Shown here: positions 50,191 through 63,355 of the stretch, in pieces
How the letters are laid out: every line of letters begins with the position of its first letter
Position numbering within the stretch: the first letter of the stretch is position 1
Source of the DNA: Octopus sinensis
Lineage: Eukaryota
Direction of reading: 5' to 3'
DNA length: 64,000 nucleotides
NCBI RefSeq assembly: GCF_006345805.1
Contig: NC_043002.1
Coordinates: forward strand, 36,208,001-36,272,000
Position numbers and translations under genes: made by a program
Notes under the pieces: generated by a model
Told to the model about the DNA's origin: nothing
What the model saw: only the letters and a program-made list of their open reading frames with translations
Databases searched by the model: none

Positions 50191-53100
50191 ATATCTAGTT
50201 TAACACCCGGCCACCATAGAAAAAAAAAAGAAAGCAAGTGTAATAGGTGTAAAAAAAATGTGTAGTAAACGAATCTGAAAACCAAATTTGCACAAACCAA
50301 CTGAGGGTTAGGGAGAGGACTTTCGGAAAATTCACACGATACGATTTTTCCCCTCATAACTTTCAGGAAAATGGATATCTTTTGATAAAATTTTATATAA
50401 ATACTTTCAAACAGCATAGAATACAATTTTAATGCTTATATTCCACCAATGGAGCATGAGTGTGGTCCATTGGTATCATCATTAAGGAAGGAAAAAATGT
50501 GTAGTAAACACATTTATAGAGATTATATATAATTATGTCTATCCTGGCGAAAAAGGGGTTCTAGTTATTTGATCAACGGAACTAGCTACTATATTATAGT
50601 GTAATTGGTTAAATATTCCACTCTAACAGAATGTTCTGTTAGACTCATGGGTAACATGGCGAAGTCTCTGGGTTACAAGTACAGCTCATTCAATAGATTT
50701 CCATACAATTTTCATTTACATACTTTCACTAACAAATCTGATGTTATAATAGAAGACACGCACTGATGGTACTGCGCCGTGGGATCGAAATCAGAACTTC
50801 CCGAACCCCCTGATTTTTCCCATGGATACGTAATTCTAAGTGATTCTTTACTTTGGAACAAAACAATTGGAATGTATTGATAAATTTTAAAAGGGTAATT
50901 TTGAACATTACTGTTCTTCATTTCCTTCTTTTTTAAAAAATCAAGATGTTTGTGCGTTATATAAATTATTTCTTTTAAATTTTGATATAACGCTATAAGT
51001 CTTGAGGGAAGGCGGTTAGTAGATTACGTCAACTTCATTATTTAACTGGTACTTAGTTGACGCCATAGAGATGAGAGGTAAAGCTGATCTCAGTGAGATT
51101 TGAAGTTCAATGCTTTAACAATTCTGTCGAACAATCTTTTCAAAAAACCTCAGAGATAAGAAGCTTTGACAGTTTTCCTCTATGAAGGGCATTGGTGTAC
51201 GTGTAAGTAGATGTTCCACGTGAGAATCATAAATGACTTGCGAACATAATTGGTCGAGATCCTAACAAACCATGTTACAAAGATTAGATGTATTGAGCTA
51301 ATGAAAGGGCCAATAGCTCTTTTTTACAACTTACTAGAATTACCTACAGATCTTCAAATTATACAGGTGTTGGATAATGTATTCTTGTTCCTGTATAAGA
51401 ATGATTTCGACCATAGATTAAAACCAAATCGCAGTTTCAGTTCGCAAATAACTTACTCCTTAAAACAGCTCCTACAATAAATGCAATGATTTTTCGTATC
51501 CAGAGTCTAGTTTTCTACTCTCTCAGAAACATTTCATGTTCTTTCATAACATTACTATCTTAACTGTCTGGATTTAAATTGTTGATAACTTCTTGACTTA
51601 TTCATTTAACTAATGTAAAACCTAATGCTTTGTTTATTTCATAATCATCCATGAGTTTGAATAAGTAATCTTTTGCATCAATCATTGCAATTCACATGCC
51701 ATGTAAAAACACCCAATACACTCATAACTGATTGACGTCAGGAAGGGCATCCAGCCATCGAAACCAAGCCAAAACAAATTATTAATTAATTTTCTTTAAC
51801 TAAATACATTCAAACTTCAGATACTGGTAGAATGTGTCATATAGAACATCTTTTACTTTTAGCGTTGTTGAGAAAAGTTTCTATTTTCAAAGTTATTTCA
51901 TGTTAAAATTGTTGTATTTTGGTAATTTCAACCAATCAGTGACATATATTCAGCTGAATAAAATTACTGCTGCTGTTTGTCAACAACTTCTGGTGGTGTA
52001 TATTTCATTTAGCATAATCATTCGTGCATTTCTGCTTTTAGGGGGGGGGGTTCCTGTTTTTCATCTACTATTTTCAGTCTTGGCAAGTCTTTACTTGGTA
52101 TTTTGTTTGTTTTCTTTTGAACCTGTTAAACTGTAAACAAAATGAAGCAGACACTTAAAAGAAGGCTTTATACACGGAACACATATTTAGATAATAAATT
52201 ACGCTTAAAAAGCACTAGTTGCTTACATTGTAACGATAAAGTTTTTAGTTGAAGTCAAGGGTCACCAATTATAGCGGGAGAAATTGATTAGTAAACAATA
52301 TTATGAAATGTCAGAGTCACCAGTTGTAATGATAAAAATTTGTTGTTATAATTGCATACTGTAGGATGTGAAAGATGAACAATGCATGAAGTTTTAAGGA
52401 AATATTTATTTACCATTACGTTGAAAAATACCATGCCTCGACAGGCAGGTTATGATAAATCCAAAAGCATGCGAAAGAAAGTTAGATGCAGTAGAATGTT
52501 TCTTTACATAGTTTGGCATATACAAATAATTAGTAGTAATCTGCAGATAGCGATAGAATGCTGTTGTAAGAGAACAGAATTAGAGTTAGAGAGAATCGTA
52601 GGATGTTGTCTCACAGTTGCTGACAGTAAACTTCATTTCTCCCTCTGACCAAGGTTTTAGCTGGTCAGACAGGCTTCGTTCTCATTGAGTCGTCACCATG
52701 TGACTGGACTCGTTGAGTCATCACCGACTGTGACTAACTGATTTTTGCTTGGCGTATTCTTGCTTTTATAACTATCCAGAAGGATAGATATATCATTGAG
52801 AACAATAGATTTAGTTGGTGATCTTGTTATCTCTATTCTAGCTTTTGGTGAAGTAGAAGAGGTTAGGGTCAAGTGGTGAAGACATTATTTCAGCCTAGCT
52901 AAAGGCATCTGGAAAATATAAAACTGCTGTAAGAGAAAAACTATTGTTCCACCGTGGGAAAAGTTCTGTTGCAGTGTTAATTAAAATTTGGCTATGATGG
53001 ATCGAATCCACTTCATGCATGCAAGATCAACTACAACATATTAAATGCAGGAAGTAGGTAGAAATCATTATTTATATGATTTTCTTTTTACCACCCCTGG

Positions 53101-53798
53101 TTATCTTAAATTTTGGAATTGGAAATTCATCTTCTTAAAACCAAATGTGATCAATAGATTTGTTGTATCTTCTCCTTGGAAATATTGCTGTACCACTCAA
53201 AAAAATCAAATCGCCAAAATTTCACCTGGTTAGTTAAGTAGGCTAGCATTTTTAATGTAGTTTACCAAGAATTTCTGATTAAAAGTACAGAAAAATGGAA
53301 ATTTATATGGCTAGCTACCATCACAATAAATAAATAAAGACAGTGGGTAAGTTTGTTCTTCAATAGTAGGGTTATAACTTTGGGAAAGCTCTGGAATTAT
53401 TAGACTTCATCAGTAAATCATAGTATCAATTTGTTTATAGGTACTGCGTACTCAGTAGCACATTTTCTAAATGATGGTAGTTTGATTTGAGGAAGATTTG
53501 GCTGCTATTTCTAGGAAGTGAAGCAACTGTTTGGAAGCCCTTTGTTTCAACTATTTTGTTGGCTTGATTCCCTTATTAGCTATTATCCAATCAAGTCAAC
53601 TGAAACAAGTAGAATAGCATACCTTATCTCCAAACAATAGAGTATCAACCATTTATTATGGAATATTGGCAATGACTATACTAAAGATTAAAAGAACAAC
53701 AACAAAAAACATCACTTACTAGTCAAATGGTGCATAGTTCCAGTTTTAGGCTATAAACCGGATAGAGCATAGAGCTTTCTCAAGGTAAGACACCAGTA

Positions 53799-54687
53799 CC
53801 GTAAATCCTCAAGTATAGTACGCAGGGGATTTCTAGGGGGCTGTACCTCTGAAAAACCTAAACCTTGTGTATAATACGCACCCCTTCTCTAACTTGAGTC
53901 AAGGAGGTTTATATAACGTCCTTGGTTTGTAAAAATGTATATGGTAACGTCCTTTATTATTGCCTTCTTTATCTTTGGTATCTGCTTAATTTCATCTTTA
54001 TTTCTTCTCCATAACCTGACATTGCTTTCGTCAACATCAAATTTTCTTCCAGCGGCCTTATTACCATGCTCTTCAGCATATGATATAACTTCATGTTTAA
54101 ACATAGCTGAATAAGATCTACGAGGCATTTTATGGGCATGTAATGTATAAAATGTTTTATTGGAGACTAGCAAAGACCCACATTTAATTAAGTATCTATT
54201 GTTTGCCACAGTAATGATGCAAACTGCCATTACAAATGGCAGGATGAAGATGAACTATTTAGTGCTAAACTATTAAGCACAATTCGTGTGTAATTAAGCC
54301 AGCAGCACCTAGTCGAACAAACACTTCCGCACATGCATAATACAATAATGGTGATGTTCTTAATTGTTATATGGGAATGTAAATATGTTTGCAAATTGTT
54401 TTTGTTACATGTTATTCTGTGTTCTGAATACTTTTATTTTAATAAATGTTGCTTACTGCAACTTACAGATGATTCTTTTATGACTTCATTGCTTTCAGGC
54501 TTAGCTTAAGGTATTTTCGCTCCCGACATCACAAAATGCATCTGAATAAACATTGCCGGACAGCAAATAGAGACTCAGACATTGCTTAGAAAATATTTTT
54601 CATTTTTAACCTCGTATATAGTACGCACTAGGGATTTTGACCTTTAAATTTTGGGAAAAAAATGCGGATTATATTCGAGGATTTACG
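53799..54687 (-). mobile_element. Non-autonomous pogo-type element retaining a Brinker-like DNA-binding domain
   Basis: TA|CCGTAAATCCTC ... GAGGATTTACG|TA; ORF MPRRSYSAMFKHEVISYAEEHGNKAAGRKFDVDESNVRLWR. Confidence 0.85.
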
Positions 54688-55617
54688 TAATTTTACAAGT
54701 ACATTCCCAAATGATTTGAAAGGCCAATAAAGAATAAATGTTTTATGTTGAAATGCAACAGCATATTTAAATTCAAAACACAACATTTTATAATTTTCTC
54801 AGATTGATATGGCAAATTTTTTTTACTAGAATAAGAATAAAACAAAAACATACAGTGAAAATCTGGATTAAAGTAATATCATGCATTACAATTGATTATA
54901 TCACACTTGTACCGTGTATTGTAGGCCATTATCCCAATAGTGGTGGTACTACTATATTGGATACAAACCACATTACAGCATCTGGCGACGGGAGATTTGA
55001 AGCTCATGTAGGTTGTATTTCACTTACAAACGAAGAATTAAATCCTTTCTTACCAGATTGTCAGTCTTATGAAATTCCCTTGTCCATGTTTTTCCTTCTG
55101 CAGCCATCCACATATTCAAGATCAACTATGTCAATCTTACCGGTTTTGAAGGCACAGCTCTTGCCTTTCATCTCAGAAGGAATGCAAAAGCCAAGGATGC
55201 AGCCCCCTTTATCCAGCCAAATTGTTCAAATAAAACAACCCCCCCCAAAAAAAACAACACCCACTGCTATTCCTGTGAATTAATAAGCTGTATACTATAT
55301 CCAACTGAGCCCACATCATCATCTTTAACATGTCTCACAGCTCAAACCTTATACCAAATATTTTATCCAATCATTTCTCTCCAGAATGGCAATCTCTACA
55401 CGGAATCACTTTCTCATCAGACATTAATTTACAGAAGTTGAAAAAAGACATCATCTACAGTCACATTAACAGTTTGGGAAAGCCTACAGACATTCTCTGA
55501 GCATCATTTTTTCTCTTGCTCGCACTATATAATAGTACTAACAAGAATTTCTAACAAAGGCACAAAGCAAGAAATTTTATAGGAGGACATAATTTGTCAA
55601 CTATATTGACCCAGTAC

Positions 55618-55935
55618 TTCATCATCATCATCATCATCATTTAACATCTGCTTTCCATGTTGGCATGGGTTGGACAATTTGAGGGCTGGCGAACCAGATG
55701 GCTGCACCAGGCTCCAATCTTGATCTGGCAGAGTTTCTACAGCTGGATGCCCTTCCTAATGCCAACCACTCTGAGAGTGTAGTGGGTGCTTTTTACGTGC
55801 CACCGGCACAGGAGCCAGTCAGGCGGTACTGGCATCAACTATGATTGAATGGTGCTTTTTACGTGCCACCAGTACAGGTGCCAGTCAGGCTGCACTGACA
55901 TTGGGTACAACGATTTTACTTGCCTCAACAGGTCT
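55618..55935 (-). mobile_element. OK-like SINE
   Basis: (CAT)n tail and conserved body. Confidence 0.75.
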
Positions 55936-55999
55936 TATCTAGTATTTTATTTCATTGCCCTCAGAAATATAGAAATGTGAAGTGTGTTGACACTGTTAA

Positions 56000-58891
56000 C
56001 CCTTTCATGACTTAATTTCTGATAGGTAAACTGTTTCAATAAATCTTTAGTGTCACTTTAGCATACAGTATACGTGGCCATTTACACTTTAGCATGCTAT
56101 CTAATGCCAATTCGAAACCATAGCTCTAACCCTAACATAACCCATAACAAGGCATGCACACAATGTAAACAAAAGGAAAAACAAAACAAACGGATAAAGA
56201 TTAAATCAATTTTAATGCAGGATATTACACTTTGAAAAGCAAATGTGACATTCATTCCATGGAAGTACACATAGAGTTCAGGCAGAGGTTGAAATTATAT
56301 AACATTTGTGTAGGTGTGCAACAAATTTCAAAGCAGGATACATTGAAAAATACAAACAGGATATTACATTTTGAAAAGCTAATATGACATTCATTCGATG
56401 GGAGTATACATAGAATTCAGGCAGAGGTTGAAATTACATAACAGTCATGCAGGTGTGCAACAAATTTCAAAGCAAGTTATATTGAAAGATACAAACAGAG
56501 ATTAAATCAATTTAATTTTTTTTTTTCTACTCTAGGCACAAGATCCGAAATTTTGTGGGAGGGCGCCAGTCAATTAGATGAACTCCAGTAAGCAACTGGT
56601 ACTTAATTTATCGACCCCAGTGGCAGTACAGGCAGAGAAGCATAGAAAATAAAAGGAAAACAAAGGCTGCACTAATAATTGTAACTAAGGGCATGCAGAA
56701 AGAAATTGACAATTCCTACACAAATATATTTAAAAGAATGAATGAGGTACAAAAGCACGTTGTGAACGTAAATGAATCGCATATTTCTGCATCTGAAACT
56801 GAAAGCAGCGATTCTGAAGAAACTGAAAGCAGTGACAGCGACATCTAGGATGATTTTACATCAGAATGGAGCAAAAACTTTTAAAATGTTTTTATTAAGA
56901 ATTTTTCTGAGGAGCCAGTATCTACCCATAGTCTTTCTCAGGAAGCGAAATAGACTTTTTCTTCTTATTTTTTCCAGCATGCTTGTTTGAAGCAATCACT
57001 GCAGAAACAAACCGTTATGCAGAATGTAAAGAAGCTGGAAAAAAAGACAGCCCGTGGTTTCCCACAACTAGAAAAAATACGGGCATTTATTGCCATAAAT
57101 ATTATTATGGGTATTAGACAGTTACCCAGAATTACAAACTACTGGAGCAAGCAGGAACCTTTTGACAATCAGTATGTTTCCAGTATTATGACCTGAACAC
57201 AATTTGTAAAACTGATCCAGTATTTACATGTGAGAGACACTAGCAGTGCCCCAGTTCGTGGAGAACCAAACTTTGATCCTTTATTTAAAATAAGACTCCT
57301 CATCGACTGCATTCAAAATGCATATTAAACATTTTAGTACCCTGAGAGATACTTATCCGTCGATGAGGGCATGGTGGGGTATAAAGGAAGGGTATGCTTC
57401 CGACAGTATATACCAGGAAAGCCCACGAAATGGGGGATCAAAGTTTAGAAAATTTGTGAAGCAAATAATGGGTGCTGCAGTGGATTTAGTTTTTATACAG
57501 GGAAAAAGAGACAATAATGTTAGTCAGCATGGCCTACCTTACGATGTGGTCTGGAATTTATCACTTCCAAACCATAACCAGGGCTGTATATCAATTTGAC
57601 TGATTTTTTAGTTCAGTCAAACTTGCAGTGGATTTAGAAGCTGTGGCAATGTATACATGTGCTACAGTAATTGCTAGTAGAATAGGGCTGCTGTTGGATA
57701 TAAAAAAAGAGGTGAAATAATCCAATGGCAGAAAGGAAATCTGCCAGCAACTACATACAGAGATAAGAAGCAGATAAATTTTCTATCTGCCAGTGCACAA
57801 CCATGTGTAGATGAAAATGACAGCCCCGTTTGTGAACCTTGATTACAATAGGTACATAGGTGGTGTGGATCGGCTGAACCAGATGATGAGTTATTATCCA
57901 GTTGGTACACCGGGTAATAAATGGTGGTGATACCTGGTTTGGTATATAGTAAACATGAGCATTGTAAATGCATTTATATTATATACCAAATCAGGAGGGG
58001 TTCGCAAGTGGTGCAACCATCTGCAGTTCCAAGCAGATGTAGTAACACGTTTGAGAGCAGGTTATTCCTCAAAAAAAAAATTAACTGCAGGAAGGAAAAG
58101 CAAAGCCTGCCAGAGTTCAGCCGATCTACATAAATTAGAAAAAAATCAGGGGTCACAAAGGGCAGTGCCATGAATGTCTACATCAACAAAGAAAAACTCC
58201 CAGTGGACGGCCAGTTGAAACATCTTTCCAATGTGCATTCTGCAACGTTGCAGTATGTAGAGAGGGATGTTTTACAACTTTCCATGATAGAAATATGTGA
58301 ATATTGTATATATGTATAATTAGATTGTATAAATATTTTTCAAATTTACTTAGATTTACTTTTTATTTTAATTCACCTGTAATTTTAATTTGCCTGTAAG
58401 GTGAGTGACCAGTTTTGATTTTTCATTTCTGTTGTAAATCATTGTTATATATGTTCCTGTGTATTCATGTATATTTCATTTAGTTGATGTATTTAATTTT
58501 CTAGTTTTCTTCAAAAACAAATTCCAGTATTTCAGTTGATTTTACCTTTATGGTACACCTGTTCTTCTGATAATCTAGTGATGAGCACAATTCTTCTGTA
58601 TCAAAATTTTGTTGCATACCCAATTGAATATTAGCTGATGACTCATTTTCTATGGTAATGTTTAAACAAAATTTAAATATTTTTACATTTTGCTCAGTTT
58701 ACCTGTAATTAGAGTCACTTTGAGACAAAATTATGTAATAGAATTAAGAACCATTTCTCTGATTATGTTCCAAATATCACATTATGTTGATAAGTAAAAA
58801 AAAATTACAGTTGTTTAATGAAACATGATTATTTCAGAATTTAATTTAAACTCAGGGGTGTATTTTGGTCAGATATATAGTAACGAATGGG
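56000..58891 (+). mobile_element. Decayed piggyBac transposon with TTAA TSD
   Basis: TTAA|CCC (55996-55999) and GGG|TTAA (58892-58895); transposase remnants FIAINIIMGI..LP..TNYWS, SVDEGMV.YKGR..FRQYIPGKPTKWGIK, VD....MSYY, MSIVNAFILY. Confidence 0.9.
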
Positions 58892-58912
58892 TTAATTACC
58901 ATTTGAGAAGTT

Positions 58913-59830
58913 TCAAATGCTTTCCAGCAATTTCTCCCAAAGGTCACTTTTCTCATGTCTGCGCCGCCACATGAATTCGCAGAGATAGGAGTCAATCATA
59001 GAACAGTGTATACCACACCGTCGCTTGTTACCCCATTTTAAACACGCCCAAGTACTTTCTATTTGTTGTGTATTATCTATAAAGTTAAACTCGATGCTGT
59101 GGTTCACCATTTGATGTCGAAAATTGTATCCCTCTATCTCTGGAATATGTGAATATGCCCGCCCTCAGGTCACTAAATATTGTGGTACCTGGGAGGACTG
59201 AATGGCAGATGCATTCTTCGAGTGTGTCACAATTCCGACAAGGTACTGCATAAAGATATACTTGTCTGGTCTCGCAACACACTCCTCCGAAAACCCAGTG
59301 CTGAGGTAGCACCCTTCCTCAATTATACCTTTTCCTAGAGAAGACTGTCTCATCTATCTTGACAGTCTTCCCAAGACCACCTATTTGAACTGGGTTCATG
59401 AGCAAGTCATGTGCGCATACTTCTCGCACATAACTGTTATAGTCCACAGCTGCATTGTGGCTCATCCCCAGTTCTTCTACACAATAACAGACAGTAGTCA
59501 GTTTCTTGACCCAAGAATACAAAATAAAAAAAAAATTACTACAGTCCCAAAAGGAAGTGTGCTACCTTCTAACCATGTCCCCTTTCTGAGAGACACTTTC
59601 TCCTATCAACCTTTGCGAGTGCACCGCCAGCAAACATTCTTCTGCACAAATTTTTTTTCATGAAGTGCCCATTTTTACACTTCTTAACAGAAGGTATAAT
59701 ACCCTTCTCTATCAAGTATGCTTCCGCATCTTCCTCCGTTTTTACTGTATCAAAAAATTTATCAATAAGAAAACAAACAAAATACAGAGTAAAGGCTTGA
59801 AAATAGTAGCCGAAAAACTGCAAAACATAA
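58913..59830 (-). pseudogene. Merlin/IS1595-family DDE transposase, frameshifted
   Basis: N-terminal CKNGHFM zinc ribbon; IGGLGKTVKIDETVF.RKRYN; PGTTIFSD; TQQIESTWA; IDSYLCEFMWRR. Confidence 0.88.
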
Positions 59831-60638
59831 GCAATTTCGAAAAAGCTAAAAGCAGTACAAATGCACAAACGATTATGATGGCGATTTTCAAAAAAAATTT
59901 TAATCAAAAAATTATACAAACGTGTAACAAAAATAATTTTAAAAAATACAGAGTAGCGACTTGAAAATAGTAGCTGAAAAACTGAATAAGCTAGAAGCAG
60001 TACAAACACACCGTCGGAAGTTGTCGACAAACAACAGCAGTAATTTTATTCAGCTGAATACACATCATTAATTGGTCGAAATTACCGAAATACGACAACT
60101 TTAACACGAAGTAACTTTGAAAATAGAAACTTTTCTCAACAACACTAAGAGTAAAAGATGTCCTGTATGACACATTCTACCAGTATCCGAAGTTTGAAAG
60201 TGTTTAGTTAAAGAAAATTAATTAATCGAGTTGCCCATCCCAGTCAAACCGTTCAACCCATGCCTGCATGGAAGACAGACGTTAAATGATGATGATAATT
60301 TGTAGAGAGAAGAGTTGTTACAGAAAATGTTTTACTTTGCTACCCTTATTAAAATAACGAAACAAACCAAACACAGAGCCTCTACGCAGTTGCTCGGACC
60401 GCAATATGCAATGTCTAGAGTCTCCTAAAAGGGGGGATGGTCACAGTTAAGACGTCTTTGATCACAGATCTGACCAAACAAGATTTCAGAAAAAATACAT
60501 GACCCTAAGAACTCTCTTTCTTTTAAAATTGTGAAATAAATTTAGAAATTTAATTCTTTCAGGAATTATAAGGATGTATAGAGCCTATGCTTAAAACTGA
60601 CTGTCTTTGCATTTGGCAGATGAGATAGTATCTTGTTG

Positions 60639-61430
60639 GGATCTTTTCCTTTTGAACGGCAGATGTCAACACAATTTCTAGTTAACTAAACACTTTTAAA
60701 CTTCGTATACTGGTTGAATGTGTTTATAAAACATCATTTTTTCTTGACTTTATTGAGAAAATTCTATATGTTGTAACATATTTCCACTTTAAAATCGAGC
60801 ATTTCGGCAATTTTAACCAATCGCTCACCTCCATTTGGGGTGAAAAGATTCTGTGCTGTATGAATATGTCCCTTGTTTAAGAACCAGATTGGGTTTATTT
60901 ACATTTGCGAAGAAAAAAGATACCCTTACCCCCACTCCTAACCCTAATCCTAAAATAGATTGAAATGCAATAGATCGATACTAGGGCCATAAATATGGGT
61001 GACATTTTCATTTGACACCGCTAGAAAAAAAAATCCCGTTTTCCGTAGCGGTGTCGTATGAAATTGTTACCTATAATTATGACCCTAGTATCGATCTATT
61101 GCATTTCAATCTATTTCAGGATTAGGGTTAGGGGTGGGGGGAAGGGTATCTTTTTTCTTCGCAAATGTAAATAAACCTAATCTGTTTCTTAAACAAGGGA
61201 CATATTCATACAGCACGGAATCTTTTCACCCCAAATGGAGGTGAGCGATTGGTTAAAATTGCCGAAATGCTCGATTTTAAAGTCGAAATATGTTACAACA
61301 TATAGAATTTTCTCAATAAAGCCAAGAAAAAATAATGTTTTATAAACACATTATACCAGTATACGAAGTTTAAAAGTGTTTAGTTAACTAGAAATTGTAT
61401 TGACATCTGCCGTTCAAAAGGAAAAGATCC
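60639..61430. mobile_element. Merlin-family fold-back MITE, 792 bp, ~385-bp arms
   Basis: GGATCTTTTCC...GGAAAAGATCC with 8-bp TSD TCTTGTTG at 60631-60638 and 61431-61438. Confidence 0.92.
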
Positions 61431-63229
61431 TCTTGTTGGATATGGTAACGCGCTAATCTAACGCCGGTTGCTTTAGAAGCATATTTTAAACTTGATCGAA
61501 CAGGCTTTGCAGCCGTGATTGTCCCATCCTTTTTCTTCCTTCTTTCTTCAGTATATTTGTATATAACATTATAACGAGAGGTGAGTGTGATGGGGGAAGG
61601 GGTTAATTTGGCTGTTATTTCTAGATGATTGATCAACCACATAGTGGTTCTTTATTGGCAGCTATAAGGGAAGCCACATCATACTTTTTGCTTTTATTTC
61701 TCCATTTATTGGCATTCTGATTAATGTTTTGATAAACGTAGGCATTTACTGCATTGACGAAGTAGTGTTCCCGTAAATATTAATAATATACTTTCTAAAC
61801 GACAGTCAATTCGTTATTAAGCGAAAAGTCCCCACAACCTTTCTGACTAACGGTAGAAAGAAATAGAGTTATGTCCCTTGTTCAAAAGACGTTACACGAA
61901 CGCCTGGCATTAAAAAAAATTGTGGATTATACTTATAGTATGTGAATGAATATGAGAAAATGTCAGTTGATGTAAGAAAATGTGATGTCTTTAATTCAGT
62001 TAATATTAGGTAAATGAAAACACGTTTGGCAGTAGGCCATACGAAATTTGTTATGATACAGTCATTTGTTTTAATTATACACTATATCTAACTCGCTATC
62101 ATAAAGATAGTGTTTTGATGACACAGGCTATGTTATATTTAGGTCAGTCATTGGCAAACTGCAGGACTTTCTAAATGGCATGTCTAATGCTTTTTAGTAG
62201 TGCACCCTATCTGATGATGAGGAAGGTCTTGTGCAACCCACTTTCTGAAAAAAAGGTTACCCATACCTGATTTTGGCTAATAAAAACAGAAAAAACTGAA
62301 AAATATTAATCTGAACTCAGTATCCTATCCTAAATCAAAATATTTTCACTGTGAACCCAGGAGCAGTATAGCTAGAGTGTACAATGTTCAAGGGGCTGTC
62401 ACCTATGTGTGCAGCTGGGGGAGCTTCTATGCAGGCACTGAACCTTCCCTCCATTCACACCTTACCACCTTAAATCAAAGATATACATCAAGATACCTTA
62501 GCATCTTAAATCATAAGATATACATAAAGACTGTTCAAAAGCAAGAATGCTTTTCATCACAGGTCTCCTCAATCAGAGTTGAATCTAAGGATTTCTGTGT
62601 ACAAAGTAGATAATAAAGTCTGAATGAATACAAAGTCAAACTTTGCACTGACTATAGAAAAGAAAACATGATGATGCTAGAGAAATGAAATATGATCTGT
62701 TGAATGTGATATATTAACTTGTATGAAAAGAAGTATAAAGTTGCTGGGTTTCGAGTGATATATGCTGTTGAGACAACTTCCTTGGTAATGATGTGTTGCA
62801 AATGAGTGATGAAAAAGTATTGTATGTTCACAGTTTCAATTTCAATTCAGTTTATTTTCACATGTAGTCCCAAAAATAACAAATTACATTAAAATAAGTC
62901 ATATAAAGTAATATAGTGTAATGCTTGGAGTTGTCATTAGATACAACAAACATAATAATAAAAATATATTTTGTTTAGATTGTTAACATGTATTGAATGT
63001 GTGATAGTGAAGGTAGTATCATTTCCAGTGACTTATTTCCTGAACAAAAATACAATAGATAAGGTAATTCAGCGAAAGTATTTTGTTTATTAATAGGATT
63101 TTTTACATTTATCACAAATCATTTTGTTTCATAAAAGAAGTTACATTTCTTTTAGCCAACTCAATACAAAATTTATTAAGAATTAAAGTTTAATAAAATA
63201 ACAGGTATTTGTAGTAATGAAAAAAATGA

Positions 63230-63355
63230 GAAGTGGTGAAACCAAAATCTCAAGATACTGGACCCTCACTGATGAAATGAAAAAGGATTGTGATGAACGA
63301 TAATATATTGTGTGACAAACCTGTCCAAACCATGCCAGCATGGAAAAATGGACAT
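63230..63355 (+). mobile_element. RTE LINE 3' end
   Basis: Ends ctgtccaaaccatgccagcatggaaaaatggac, the same tail as the OK-like SINEs. Confidence 0.6.

Larger units (their letters stand above)
51781..60226 (-). mobile_element. Large, formerly autonomous Merlin/IS1016-like element containing nested insertions
   Basis: Inverted arms 51781-~52030 and ~59990-60226 of the same subfamily; transposase abuts the right arm; flanks are two consecutive pieces of one OK-like SINE. No TSD visible. Confidence 0.55.

Noticed and set aside
54804-55283. 159-aa ORF as vanin exon 2 or a new gene
   Set aside because: No nitrilase or other recognisable motif, and it lies inside the nested TE block.
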